Both the position numbers and the translations under genes were made by a program. This document shows positions 1-13,380 of a DNA stretch of 64,000 nt, in pieces. The DNA comes from Catajapyx aquilonaris. Its lineage: Eukaryota. The notes below the pieces were generated by a model. It did no database searches. It was not told where the DNA came from and saw only the letters and a program-made list of their open reading frames with translations. Positions within the stretch are counted from its first letter, which is position 1; each line of letters starts with the position of its first letter. The stretch covers positions 1 through 64,000 of the forward strand of contig KZ538216.1 of assembly GCA_000934665.2 (NCBI GenBank), in the 5' to 3' direction.

Positions 1-249
1 TGATGCAACAGAGTGATGGAATGTATGTTTACAGGCATGGGCTAGCTAGTTATGAACAAAAATCCCAAATCCCAGACCAAGGCTAGTTCCCCATTATATT
101 TGATCCATAAAGGGCGCAGGTAACTGTGCAGTTTTGTTTCGAAAATACTTGGAATAAATTGTAGAGGCTGTGTGGCTGTTTATATAATTTACGCAAGCAA
201 AACAGTCATTTGATTTTTATTGCATTTAGATGTTATGGTTAATAATGAA

Positions 250-1600
250 CAGAGTCCTGGGTTCCAGGAGGATGTAATTATAACTTCTTAGAAATATTGT
301 TTTTAGCAAGGCAATATTGTCGTCGGAGTATAGTGTAACAAGTGATGTCAGAAAAGTTTCTCCAAAAACTTTTGCCCACATTTTAAAACCCACGAGAACC
401 AGGTCCCTATTTCCAACCCCACAAAAACTGCAGTAATAGTTAGAGCAACGATTTAATGATACGAAAGTTTTACATGCATATACAGTAGGCCTATAAGCGA
501 TTCTCATGCACCTGTTAACTCATAGAAGAGTTGAACCCCCGCAGTATCTTCCATAATGGAGCAGAAAAAAAGACAAAGTTGGAAAGGACTGCGGGTAGGA
601 ACATGGCTTCCGTTTGAAGACTTTGCTGCTGGAAGGTTCCCTTTGTAGCATCTGGACAAAGGATAGGAAATGCAATATTTATCCTTCACCTTCCACCTTC
701 TTTCTTCTTGACGACTATTGTTCATCAAATCTTAACCTCGCAGTCGAGGGAGGATGGTCAGGGTGCGTCGAGGAAAAGGTACAAAGCAGTCCACAAGTCG
801 GCATAATATAGTATAGAAAGAGGACCATCAGTGCATTGTTGGCCTGGCAAAGAGAATGCACTTTATACATCCCTAGTTCGGAAGGCATTAATTTCTCTCA
901 CTTTGATTAAATGCTCGCACAAACAGCCCTTTTAGCAACTAGCCTCATTTATAATTTCCACGCCATTTAGAGTCGGGCCTTCTGACATTCCAGAGCAAAT
1001 GCCCGTAAGTCGTAAACATGCTGCTAACTGCCACCCGTGAATTACACCATCACCCATTGGGAGAACCGGAGAGAAGGTGCATTGCACAACTTTAACTTCG
1101 CAATGAATTTACGCTGTGTCATTTGGGATGTTTCGCCCATACTTTCTGCACTTGTGCGTACCATCCAGGGTGGCCCACAATTCCCGTGTGGCTAGCCCGG
1201 TCCCTTTGTTCCATTTAGAAGTTGCGTGGAGGAAACTGCTTGGATGATGCGTCTTTTGTGGGCCAATTTTCAGATTCATTTCAAAATCTTGGATGATTTA
1301 TGAGGTTCATGGACGAGTAGACTTCCAGCCATTTTTCAAGCATTAGCGTTATTTTCTGTAGCTTGGCTTACGTAACATTAATAACTGACTCAACAGTAAC
1401 ACTTTAATATTCAGGGGCCAGTCAAGCGCGGAATCGGCAGTGCAATGGTATGCTGGAGTTAAGGCTGAGGCCAGGAGGCATATTACCTCGGGGGTGGCCA
1501 ATATTCGATCCCTGAATTGAGAAAGTTTGGATGGGCTCTCAGTTGAGAGTGTTTTCCGCTTCCTACCGCATAATAAGCCACCGACAATGAATTGTTTCAT
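250..1600 (-). mobile_element. Fossil LINE (CR1/L2-like) reverse transcriptase region
   Basis: Collinear minus-strand remnants: PEVICLLASALTPAYHCT (cf. I..LA.PLT.IFN.S), frameshifted Y-RP-MNLI...SKILK (cf. YRPISLL...SKILE), AFRT...YYADLWTALY (cf. GFR...YLDLSKAFD), GVQLFYELT (cf. LFADDT). Many stops. Confidence 0.55.
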
Positions 1601-2747
1601 AAGGTGTGAGCAAAGTACATGGATTTATTAAATGATGATTGAATAAAATATCATCGTTTCTGAATTACTAAAAACTTGGAATGAACCAGTATTGTTCATA
1701 TATCGATTGCAGCACAACAATATATTATTACACTCCCGTTGTTATTTTACGAGGACTGAACCCTTCCTTCAAGCTACACCGTACACCGTATAGTACGATA
1801 TTTATTGGATGGGACCAAAATATGTGTGAGAAATTAATATCAGAACCCCACCTGCCTAGCAATCCCACTATTGTAATGCAATATGAATGAAACGTTTTTT
1901 TCAATCAACTATAAGCAAGTGACAAGGACAAAGGTCCTATTGAACCTTAGAACTTTCTGGGATATACCATAAAATATATATTTTCTCCCAAGTTGGAAAG
2001 GTAAGTTAGGAACTTGAGCTGTACTTGTATATATAATATGAAATTTTGATGAGAAAAATGCCAAAGAGCAGCTCTAATACTTGATGGACTCCAGTCCCAG
2101 AGAAAATTCCCACCCTTTCCAAGAAAAAAAGGGGAAAAAAGGGTGAAGTATCGTCATTTAGTTGCGTGAGAAAGTTAGTTCCTTCCCCAATTTCCAAGTG
2201 GCTTCTTGCAGTTTCTGTGTGACAAGATATCTGTAACTTTAATGCGAGCTTGATACTATTTTTATACGGGAGCTATTCCATTCTCTCGCCGCTCAATACC
2301 AAGTTACATCGACTTTTCGAAAGAAGAGACCGTGGCTCCAAATGTCTGCGGTGGGAGTGGCTTTACTCGTATAACTGGGCAAACGCTTTTCAAAGTTAGT
2401 TGTACAGTACTTTTTTCCCTTTTTAAGCCTATATTATAGCCTACCCCAGCCTACGGCCTGATCATATTTTAAAGGGACAAGTATGTTCTGTGTCATTTAA
2501 TCAATCATTCTCTGTTTTCACAGCAATATGGAAAGGTTTTTACAGGCCTCACTCATTTATATTGATAACGAACAGTAGAGTAATTTGCTTAATTTATAAA
2601 ATAGCAATTTTGAACTAAACATTAGTTATTATTTTCTTTACTCTGCCGCATAATTATGTGCTCGTAGTTTAATTAGCTAGCTGTTAGCGTAAATTACAAA
2701 TTTTGCTGCAGTTGTTGATGTTCAATTTTCCTTGAATTTGATTTTGT

Positions 2748-2748
<1 letters not shown>

Positions 2749-2811
<63 letters not shown>
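2749..2811. repeat. (TAA)n microsatellite, about 21 units
   Basis: Uninterrupted taa array. Confidence 0.98.
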
Positions 2812-2813
<2 letters not shown>

Positions 2814-5800
2814 GGCTATAGTTACGATTAATTTGAATTGCTTCACATTCAGTAGTTACTTGGTTGAGTGTATGCATACACTCAAGCAATCCCTGGATTC
2901 ATAAACGAAGTAAATGACATTATCTAGTTTCTAGTGATTGTGAAAAGGAAGCTTCAACGCTGACTTTGGCAGTCCATGCGTACAGAACCATCTCCCGCAT
3001 CCCTAGATAGTGCTCTAGACAATGCCAAAAGAGAGGGAGGCGCGGGAGGGTCAGGGAAAGAGGGATCTATGTCTACAAGCTACGTATATGAACTGACGGG
3101 AAAAACATGGTGGAACATTTTGAAATATTTTTCTTACACATGTTTATTTTCTCTGTATGGATCAGGTATACCATGTTTTTAGAGATATTTATTACGAATT
3201 AAAACAGGAATAAGATGCAAATGTTGTAATTTTGGGGTTAAATCGTGATCATTTTAAAATTGGAATAATTAATTAGACTCTTTGTATAGGATAATTATTT
3301 AACGACACAGATCAAAGGTGGAGATGGGACGGGAAGGAAGTCTCCGCGCGGTCATGTGAGGTAGAAATCTCATCCAGGAATTGACCTTGAGGTGACCGGG
3401 GGGTCCCCCAATCACCATGATTAATTTCAGTTTGATGATTTTTTAAAATATATATATCTGGGAATCTATGTTTAACGTTAATCTTGGAGAATCCACTTGG
3501 TTGGTTGGTTGGTAGGAAGGGTTAACCAGCTTGTATGGCTCTTTCTGAGCCGAGCCTTGGCAGCCGGGGGTAGGAGAGGAAGGTGTGGGATTGCAAGGTA
3601 GGGTGGGTGAGAAGGGTGGGGGAGAGGAGGGCTGGACCCGGCTGTACTGCAATGCCTGGTCCAACCCAGGGACGGGGGTGGGATATTCTCCCAAGCACCC
3701 CGTCCAACCAAGAAATGCGAGTCGGGTCCGAGGACCGCTCGAGGAAGAGAGTACCGTCGCTGGCGAACCAGCCGGGACCTCAATTGAATATACATTGCAG
3801 TAATTGCGACTCCAAGAGAGGGCGCCTGCTCTGATTTGGAGAATCCACGCCAGGGAGATAGTACTTGTAGAGGTTGAGAAACTCGCCCGTCTGCGGCAAC
3901 ATTAATTTTTGCGGCAATTGTATTCAGATGAAGGAATTGCGCGAGTGAGAGGGCAACTGACGCAGCCACACGCCGATCAGGTATGTGTATTATTGATGAC
4001 TTAGGCCAGTGTTGCCAACCTCAACAATGAGTACATGAGCTCTGATTCGTGAATAGCATTGCCAGATGAGTCATAATGTCGACAACAATTTACTAATTTT
4101 TCTGAGACAACCAATGGTTGTTGGAACCGGGAAGGAGGAACACAATCCACAGGTTAAGCAGCACTAAACTACAGAGAGCTCTTAACTGACAGTATAAAAT
4201 GTTGATGGAACCGGGCATGAGTAGTATTCACTTGATAGTTTTCGTCTATGAAACTTTGTGGGTACGGACTATAGTTGGCATGGAGTTACTGTTACTAAAA
4301 CTTTAAAGGCAGGTAGGCTAATAATTATATTTGTATCATTGCCTCAGGGAGCGTAGGTTAGAGTAGTTGAGTACATGAACTTAGCCTCTAGAGTGATCCA
4401 ATCAACAAGCAGGACAGAATTCGAGTTAATACTATTTTGACTTAGGGAGTAGTCCTCTAGGACCACGGTATCTGCCTATGTAGGTTACTGATCTATATCA
4501 AACGTGGGAGCGACCTCTTCGAAATTCTGTGGGAATCATTCCAATTTGTTGGCCTAACCAAAGAGAGAGAAAAAAAAGAAAGAAAGATTGATCTCTCCAC
4601 TGCTGCAATTCACAGTTCGTGCCTCTTGTACCAAGGAGTGTTCCACATTGCAAATGAGACGGAATGCTCCAACCAAAGTTGGGTTACGCCTCGGTCACTC
4701 CTACCCTCCTGCCTCCACCTTTTTTCCCCCCCATCCCATATTCTAGTAAAAAGGTTTGGAGACACAAAAAATTGTCCCATCACGTCACACACTTTCAGGC
4801 ACATTTTACATCTATACATTCCCCTATGCCTCATTTTCAGCGGCACCAACCACCCACCACATTCACTCTCCCATAACGTTAATTTGCCCACCACCCTCCA
4901 CCACCCCCGTACAGCACGCATACACACTCTAAACAGGACATGATGACGGCTGGGTAAGGGACACGAGAGTACCGTATCGCATATGGAATGATAATGAAGG
5001 TGGGAGGGGCAATGAGGGTGGAATTCGCCATAATGGATAACATATTTATTTGGCAATAATCGCCTCGCATAATTCGTGGATTCCCGGGGTGTGACAGATG
5101 TAGCTACGTCGGGGGTACTATGGATGGGGTGGATAGTAGGGGATGATTTTTGACTTTTTTTTGTTTTATTCCTTGCCCACAGGGTTTATACGAGCGATTT
5201 GGGCGCGCAGTTTGTGTTTGAACTCGTCAGTTAGGCCAGCCATCATAACAAAGTCTGACGCTATCACCAACTCGCACTGGACACTCAGTGCACCCACAGG
5301 ACGTGTAATTGTTGCGTTTCTACACAAACCGGCCCCTGCCCTGAAACGCGTTTCCCCTAGCCAGGTCAGCCCTAAAATGTCCACAGAGACACCCAACAAC
5401 CTGTTACGATCGCCATATTTTTGACCCACCTCTCCCCCCAGTTTTGTGGGGGGAGGGGAGTGTAGTCACACACAGATCACAAATAGACACTGTGCATTCA
5501 GTGCAAAAGGTCGGGTTGCAATTAGTGCCTAAATATGCCGCTCTCATAGCGCCCATCAGTATCCAAATCACGTGAAATATTTACGATTTGGATTACCTGT
5601 AACGGCTTGTGCTTGTTGAGATGAAATAATTTTGGATTCTATTGAACAATTCGGATGAGCCAAATTTGGTAAAAGTACCGCAGCGAAGCACATAAACAAG
5701 TGCATTAAGGTAAATTCCAAACAAGTTCACTTCATGTTGTGCAAAATTCTAGGACATTAACGTCCTCGAGTAATATGGGGTAAAACGTTATTAAATCAAA

Positions 5801-6179
5801 AATCATTAAAATGATGGTGATATGAGCAATCATCAGATGCGTTTGGACTCAGTGCGCATTCGTTCCTGCGCATGACGTCACTACTTTCCAACCATTTTGT
5901 CTGCGCCGTTCGGCCAGAGCTGTAAAGCCGAGCAAAATCAGTCTGCGTGGGAATTTGACGCCTGAATATCCGGCCGTTCGCCTTCTTTACCGCGGGTCTC
6001 CCATTCCGCTTTTGTACAACCCAACGCCCCCACCTGTCAACCTAAACAATTGGCACTACCACTAATTAAACTGCAGTCGACCAAAAGGAAATGATAATTG
6101 CTTGCAAGGAGGCCTCTGAGTCTGACATTTTCATTCCGAAACCGCACAAGAGAATTAATAATGAACTCTTCGAGGGGCT

Positions 6180-7540
6180 GGGCTTAATCGAAATACTTCA
6201 AAGCAGCCCGGATATCTCAAGTCTCACTTTGTAATACGCGGCTAAAAACGAGGGTGTGCTAAGTCAAGATTAGAGTAAAAAAGAATGGTACTCTTTGTTC
6301 AAGCACACTTGTTACAACTGCTTTGCCTATTGGTAGCTAAATATCAAGCTTGTATCAGAAGTTGTGTTAGCTCTAGTGGGAATGACAACCACTGATAGCG
6401 ACTGCTACTGGGAATGGCCAGAATATTTTCCTGAACTTTGTTACAGCCTGCATTGCAGGCGAATATTACAGTCAATATTGCGCAGAAAATATTATATATG
6501 ACTTCTGGTTTCATTGGTACCACGGTCATCAACCTTGTGTCTGTTGCTTTGTTGCTTTCTACAAAAACTAGCTTGAACCCTGCATAATATTAGTAAGTTA
6601 TAATATAATACAGTGCAAGTGTTCATTGGTCAATATAAAGAGCTACAACTTGAAAAAGATAGTAGGCCTACATAACTATTTGAAACTTGTAGCTTGCGGG
6701 ATGAAATTAAATTTTGCATAATGAGATTATCGTATGTTAGTATAATAAATATTTGCATCAGATACGTGCACCTTCCTAGGCAACGCATGTATGAAAGCTA
6801 CATTTCATGTTGACTAAGGATTTCCCAAGAACGGTTTCCTAACATTTGATATTTAGAAAAACAGGACATTATGCAGGATCGATATTCAACCGCACAAGGG
6901 ATAAAATAGAAGATATCTTACTTTATGTAGCCGAACATCAGTAGCTTGTGAAGTGAAGAGTAACTTTGCTCGGTAATCCCTAAAAATGCTCGTCCGAGCG
7001 AGAGATCCCCTGAGAGGCTACTCACCCGGACATCAAAGGGGCCGCCACGAGGTATCGCATATGCATAAGCTCTAATATGTGGTGACATGGTCACCCCTAG
7101 GCCTTTTATTCCAGGCAACAAGGTAAATACACCCACCTCATATACTAAACTCGTTGGATAATCCACTCAGCAAGAAAAAACAACATTTCACTCAAAAATT
7201 ATTCAAAGCCAGGATTATAAACTGTAAAATAATTGGTGTTGCTGGATAGTGAAGTCATTTAGTTTTTCAATCATTTCCTGTACTGAAGCACAGGTGGATG
7301 AGACCCCAGTATATGGGCGTGATACCACATGATACAGTAGCCTACAGTCAAAACGAAATGAAACCTTAATGCTATGGGTATCACCTGAAGATATTGACTT
7401 CACACCAGGCTCAGTCGGGGTTGAAGGTCGGTCTAATCGAAATTGAATGTCGTGGAATTGAACAAGTCTGACTTATTTAATCTCCTGCACAGGGTCAGAC
7501 ACGACACAGCATTCCGAGTAATGAATATTTATCAACCATA
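6180..7540 (-). mobile_element. Fossil LINE APE endonuclease plus linker region (CR1/L2-like)
   Basis: GVKSI...LLYHVVSRPYTG...VQEMIEKL (cf. VVYRPP), FIILALNNF (cf. IILGDFN), then PEVIYNIFCAILTVIFACNAGCNKV...QWLSFPL (cf. YN.F...L...FDKHAP.K...PW.T) and AYYKVRLE. Confidence 0.5.
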
Positions 7541-8479
7541 GGCGAAATGAAGGCGTCAGGTGCAATTACCCAGCCCTCTTTCCAACCCTGTACGAATCGT
7601 GTTGCTTCAATTTTTCAACCCTTCATTAAAAGTGTATGTGACGGGGTTGGGGTTGAGGTGGCGGGGGAGGGAATGTAGAAAAGGGGGAGTTTGGGAGATC
7701 AGGGGGAGAGAGACGGGAGGCGGGGACTTCTGCACTAACGGCCAACAAGTACCAGGTACGCTGAGTGCTGCAGTATACCGGCAAGCAAGAGAGGTGTAAG
7801 TATAACTATATATAGTGAAAGGCGGAAAATGATCAAATTTAAGCTGGCTCTAAACTGGGATATTAATGAAAATATTAATTGAATCATGGAATTGGAAAAC
7901 GGGCTGTGTTACATTGAAAATGAATGAACGAAGGTATGCATGATGCCACACAAATTTTAAAAGTGAGTTTGTATAATGTCCACAGACACGAGCTCATTTA
8001 TGCCCAAAATGAAATAAAAATTTGAGAAATAAAAACATTGTTGATATTTAATTACGGTACCAGGAAAACAAAATATTTGATCGAATGGCAAATTAGTCAA
8101 TTATTATTGCAGCGGCACATTTCAATCTAATAATTGCGCTGCCTTTTGAGTAAAATTAGATTGTTATTGATTATCCACCATAATAAAAATAACACATATT
8201 ATTACGGAGGAAAGACTGTGCAAACATGTAAAAATATTCCATCGCCTTCCTTTATTGACTAGCAAGTGATCGGCGTTTTAATGAGCTCACAAGGCCGCCA
8301 TTACAGGTCACTGCAACAAGTGTAATGGAGCGTGCGTTGTTAGCAGCGAAATGGCTCTGTAATACCAATAATTACATACTGTTGTCCTGGCCTATAGAAC
8401 CAAGCATAAATAATTTAGCGCTGTATTGTGGTATTCCAGAGCCGAGATGATTGCAGCACCGTGCTCATAGCTTTATGAG

Positions 8480-9020
8480 AGTAAATCTCCGATATTGGAT
8501 ACGCCTATGAATCGCTGGTAAAGCACCAGAGATGGATTCAGAAAGGACATTATTGGAAACTAGCAATAAAAGGAGGCAATACGATGCGTAGTCAAAATGA
8601 CACACCACTTTACAACCTGCATTGTGTGAACGACCTGCTTTTGTGAGGTATCGATAGTTCCAACCCGTACGGGCATATTTACCTGAACGAAGTACAGATG
8701 GCGCTAGAGCTGTGACGCATGAGCAGCGGTTATTTTGAATCCGCAGAAGAGATGACCCGCTGCCCGCATCCAACTTAGAGACCGCATGTGATATTGTAGT
8801 GGACAATAGTGGAGATATGTAAATTAGCCCACGTCAGTGAAAACCAAGGTCCAAGCTCATCGGCCAGAAACCAGTCCCAAAGAAGTGCAATTTTGTCCCC
8901 ACAAAGGCAGAACGACTCTCCAGAGGGTCCATATTAGATGGTATTTGTCAACAGCGGCCAAATTAACGCCCTCATATCAGAAGCAAAGGCTCGGTTACTA
9001 TTGAAATTTTCATAAATTAT
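8480..9020 (+). mobile_element. Fossil LINE RT N-terminal fragment
   Basis: IRL*IAGKAPEMD (cf. LK.GKAPG.D), TPLYNL, VSENQG...AIL...Y*MVFVN (cf. EEQ.GFR...VFID). Confidence 0.4.
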
Positions 9021-9826
9021 GAGCTGCAGATCACGAGCAACCCAACTAACTACCTCCCACATGCTCCCACCCGCCATTAGCATCGCTTTTCCCACTCGTG
9101 ATGACAGTGTTCTCTTTAGGGATTATCCAATGCCGTAAAGGACATGCTCATCAAGGCTCTAATTACGGTTAATTTTGCGGTTTACTAGTTTTACTCTGGG
9201 GTTTTGTGGTGCAGGAGGAGGAAAGATGGGAATAATACAGGAGTGAATATTTAATAACTACCGGTATTGATTCCTTGCAGTTCCTAGACGGAAAAATTCA
9301 ATTTGTTCTATAAAAAAGTCCGGGTTTTTTTTTCTCTCCCTTCCTTCCTAAAAACTAGGTTGGAATGTAAAGGTGCACCGCAGTCCGGGTAATTATGTTT
9401 CAGGAGAAAATGCTTCAATCCCTGCAGAAATGTAACGACAGTGCGTGCAACAGAATAGCTCACTCTGAAAACTCTCTCACTGCCGTCGCAGAATTGTAGC
9501 GGCAGTCGGCTTGGAAAGCACTTTACTTTTATGTTCCACTTTTAGTATGCTGCCTTAAAATTGCCTCTTGTTGCAATAGCTCTCGGGTTATTGTCAGTCA
9601 TTACATGGTGGAAACGAGCAAATTGAGCAACAAATTCAGAACACGGGATAATGGCATACAGAGGAACCTTGCCTGATTTTTTCTACTTAGTTTCCATTTT
9701 TGCAAAACGAAATATTACGCCAGGGTGAAGTTAGTGACTGTACACATTTTTCACTGCTACTTTTACTATTAATTATTTAGTTCTACTATGTGTACATCCC
9801 AGTGGTAGAACAGTAAAAATGAAAAT

Positions 9827-9902
9827 GGGTGCTCACATGAATAAAGAAATTCCATGACAGTTGTAACTAAGTTAACATGACTTTAGCTCATGTGACGACC
9901 CC
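9827..9902. repeat. Tiny inverted-repeat element, possible PIF/Harbinger-type MITE remnant
   Basis: gggtgctcacatgaataaag versus right-end reverse complement ggggtcgtcacatgagctaaag. Confidence 0.4.
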
Positions 9903-11033
9903 AAGTTAATTAGGCTTCAAGCGTGGCACTGCTGTCAACATCACATGTTAAAAAGTGGAATTAGTCTTAATCCATAGCTAGGAAGTCGTCGGTTTTTCTA
10001 TACTCATGAAATGCACCACTGCAGGTTAACACCTTAATTTGAATTAACCAGGTCCACACTTTTGGCTCCTCATCTATTCACTATTTACGGTACTATCAGC
10101 TACCTTCCACAAAATGTAACAAACAGCTTGGAAGAGTACAGTGTGGTAGTACACTACAAATTCCCATGCAAAATATTTTTGTTCTAAATGTCATAGCGCA
10201 CAACAGAGCACAAATAATTAAATTTCAACAGTCCTGTGACTTCATACGCGTAACGAGCATGTTTACATGCGTCTGTACAGTATACACCACTACTTGTGCA
10301 CCTGGCATTTCCTCAATGAAAAAATCAACCCCAGGAAAGCAGCAGGAGACGAGAATTCTACTCAAGGCACTCAATTATCCAAATCGCTTCCCAGCATGCA
10401 AACACATCGCAGTCATAAATTATGCATTACCTATTTTCTCTAATTGCAACTTCTTCCTGTCGCGCCCCTTTCTGCCGGCAGAGGATGCTGTAATCTCTTA
10501 TGGTTTTTTCCCCTCCCTCCAGAAGCAACCACTAGTTTTCCAGGAAAACTTCCTTGGGGCCACTGAATCATTGCCAATATCATACGGCAAAAGGAAATTA
10601 ACTCCTAAGGTCCAATTACGACCACGAAGAATGTGCTCGCAAATGAATGCGAAAATGGCGTTCATCGGCAGGAAACAAGTTGGAGAGTCCTCCACTCGGA
10701 AGAATCGGATCCAATTTGCATCCTGCGTGAGGTAAAAACTTGCTTGCGCCTTGTTTACGACAAGTAGACTTGGCTAATTTGTGTCTTTGCCTCTAATTAG
10801 GCGACGTAACAGAGCACACACGGTTTTTTTTAGGTCCCCAGGGCTTATTAAAAACCTTTCAGGACCTTTAGAGTAAGTGGCGCAACTAACAAACCCGCCT
10901 GCCGTTTCCTAACCTGCACTTGACTAATGAAGTGCTCCATACTAGTGCAGTATGCGCATCTCACATTCTTTCTCATTTTCTCATTTGTCTTACTGTCCTA
11001 CATGCTATGCACGCCACCTGGTTGTGAATGCTC

Positions 11034-11220
11034 TTACTCACGTTGATTTTGGCCATTTCGGTTTCAATGGTATGGTATCCCAGGGTATGACCGCGTCAGG
11101 GTATAGATGGGTGTTGGCATTACCCGCAGGATCACCCATATTCACGTGTATGTGGAAACAATAATTGGCATGCAATTAGCTCTGTAATTGAGCCGAAATC
11201 GCCGAAATCAACTAGAGTAA
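11034..11220. mobile_element. MITE with ~35-bp terminal inverted repeats
   Basis: ttactcacgttgattttggccatttcggtttcaat versus the reverse complement of the right end, ttactctagttgatttcggcgatttcggctcaat; TA at both outer boundaries. Confidence 0.65.
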
Positions 11221-13170
11221 TTTCGCCTTGGAATATCGCAAGTAACCCCATCCACTGCTAAATAGGTCTTGTACACAACCAAGCTGGGTCATGTCAAACC
11301 CATTGACCTTCCCTCCCTTCCCCTAACATAAAATGGCGCCATTAATGAGCAAGATTGGCTCCCTGAACAACCAACGTGCGATTAGATATTTCTGCAAACG
11401 ACAACTTGCTCCTTGTCGGACCCCTCCTTAATTGTTATAATTAACTCTTATTAACTGGTCTGGCGATTAAGATTGCGAGCATAGGGACTCTGAAACACAA
11501 AGTGATTAATCTGAAGTAATCTAGATGACTAGTGGAGAATTAATGAAGAGATGAGACTCCCCTCCTGTTTGTTTCCGAGCTCTCTGGTGTGGACGTGATC
11601 AAGATACGCGATGCATGGGAAGGGAAGGAAATTGGGAACTATGTTTCTCATTAGTTGATCTTCTGCGCAAGCGCGGCGTCCATTTTGGAGCCAATGCTAG
11701 CCAGGGTCATCTCTTACATTCGTTGACCCCAGGTTCAACTAATTTACAGTGAACACAGCGAACCAAAACTGACCGCTTTTTGACGCCATTAATATTTCAT
11801 GTCCTGTCGTTTGGCTGACACTGCAAATGTTTGTTTTGAATGCGGGGGTGATCATGTATCACCAAAAAACACACATTTGTTCCATAGCAGACGCAGATTG
11901 CGTAATTAATGTTGAAACCGCAGGAGGGTTAAGGCGACCACGGACACGAACTAACCTTTTACAAGTCATTCTGGGGTTGAGGGCTGTGGAAAAAAAGGGC
12001 AAAAGTCGGCCATATTTCGCCATAAGTTGAACCATAAAATTCGGAGGTCCTGGTCAGAGTGGCCACAAATACCAGTGGTGGTCACCTATGTCTCGTGGTG
12101 GCAAAGCACAACAGCGAAACTATTCGGCACGCAGCGCTCTGAGGTTACACCCCAAGGAACAATATCACGCAAAAATATGTCGGGTCCCCCCACTCCGCCG
12201 AGCCCAAAATTCCAGAAAGCTCGTGTGTCACCTTATCCCAGACACACACAAAAATATCTTTCACCTAACTGCAATTATTGCCATTCCACAGTCACCATCC
12301 ATTGTTTTATAATATTCGCGAAGGAATTTGATTGGCCAATTTTCATTCTACGAGCCCCCTGTGCACCTGTCCTTTAAGCGCCATATTTTATATCTTCCCT
12401 CCCTCCCTATTCTACGAATACCCTCCAAATTCCATTATTTATTGTTGTGGAGGCACACTGTTTTCTTTCCATGAAGAGCTCGTGCCGAGATTCCTTCTTC
12501 GGGACAATGGTATAGCTTGGAGCCGTGATATTCAACAACGTTCAGGCTTCATGTCATTGTTCACTTTTTCCTGCCATATATTACGACTTGGCATTGCCAG
12601 ACATGAAATACGAATCAAGTCAACGGTCACGGACACAATAGTTCCGGGATTTATACTCTAAATGCATTAATTTATGTGGACTTGGCGGCATCCGAACATT
12701 CTACACAATTTATATGTGTACTTTTGACGTGCAGGAACTAATTTATCATAAAATATTATTGAAGCGAATCAACGAGGCAATATTACACTCGAGCACTCTG
12801 TTGCACTAAATAGCGCGTTTCAAAAATTAGCCATGCGAGGAAAAATACATAACTCGATATGGGTACACTGTATATATGCTTCTATGCAGTGTATGAATGA
12901 TTGAACAGTGTAATCATTTACGGCCAATTTCCAAAGTCGCTTAATTACATGTCAAAACAATTTTATGTATTATATCATACTGCAGGACCCAGGGCATGAT
13001 TGGCACCGAGGCACATGCTAATTCCATCAGTCAGACATGCTACCTAATGGATTACTATCATCATACGTTACAGGTAATCCTAATCGCTTCTAGCCTACTG
13101 CTCCGGATGCCTCACTTGTTGTGTTAGAAAGAGAGATCATCAACTGTCAACATTTCGTGGCTGAAAACCA

Positions 13171-13380
13171 GCCCCCGGACACTTACACTACGTTCTGGTG
13201 TTATCACCTGCCGAGAAATTTTGCAGCCGGTGCTCACCTGAGAGCGCCATGTGACATTTAGGGGCCACAGTAAGTGGCCCCTAAATGTCTCATGGCGCTC
13301 TCAGGTGAGCACCCGCTGCAAAACGCCCCGGCAGCGGCAGGGGGTGGGTGGGAGTGACCAGACCTTACTTATATGACCGT
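13171..13380. mobile_element. Palindromic MITE-like foldback element with a near-perfect central hairpin
   Basis: Arms 13208-13268 and 13274-13334 are reverse complements (55/61 match, 5-nt loop agtaa); weaker inverted similarity extends outward; flanked by 11-bp direct repeat gctgaaaacca (13160-13170, 13381-13391). Confidence 0.75.

Noticed and set aside
3601..3622. G-quadruplex-forming motif gggtgggtgagaagggtggggg
   Set aside because: G-tracts are abundant across the window; nothing marks this one as functional.
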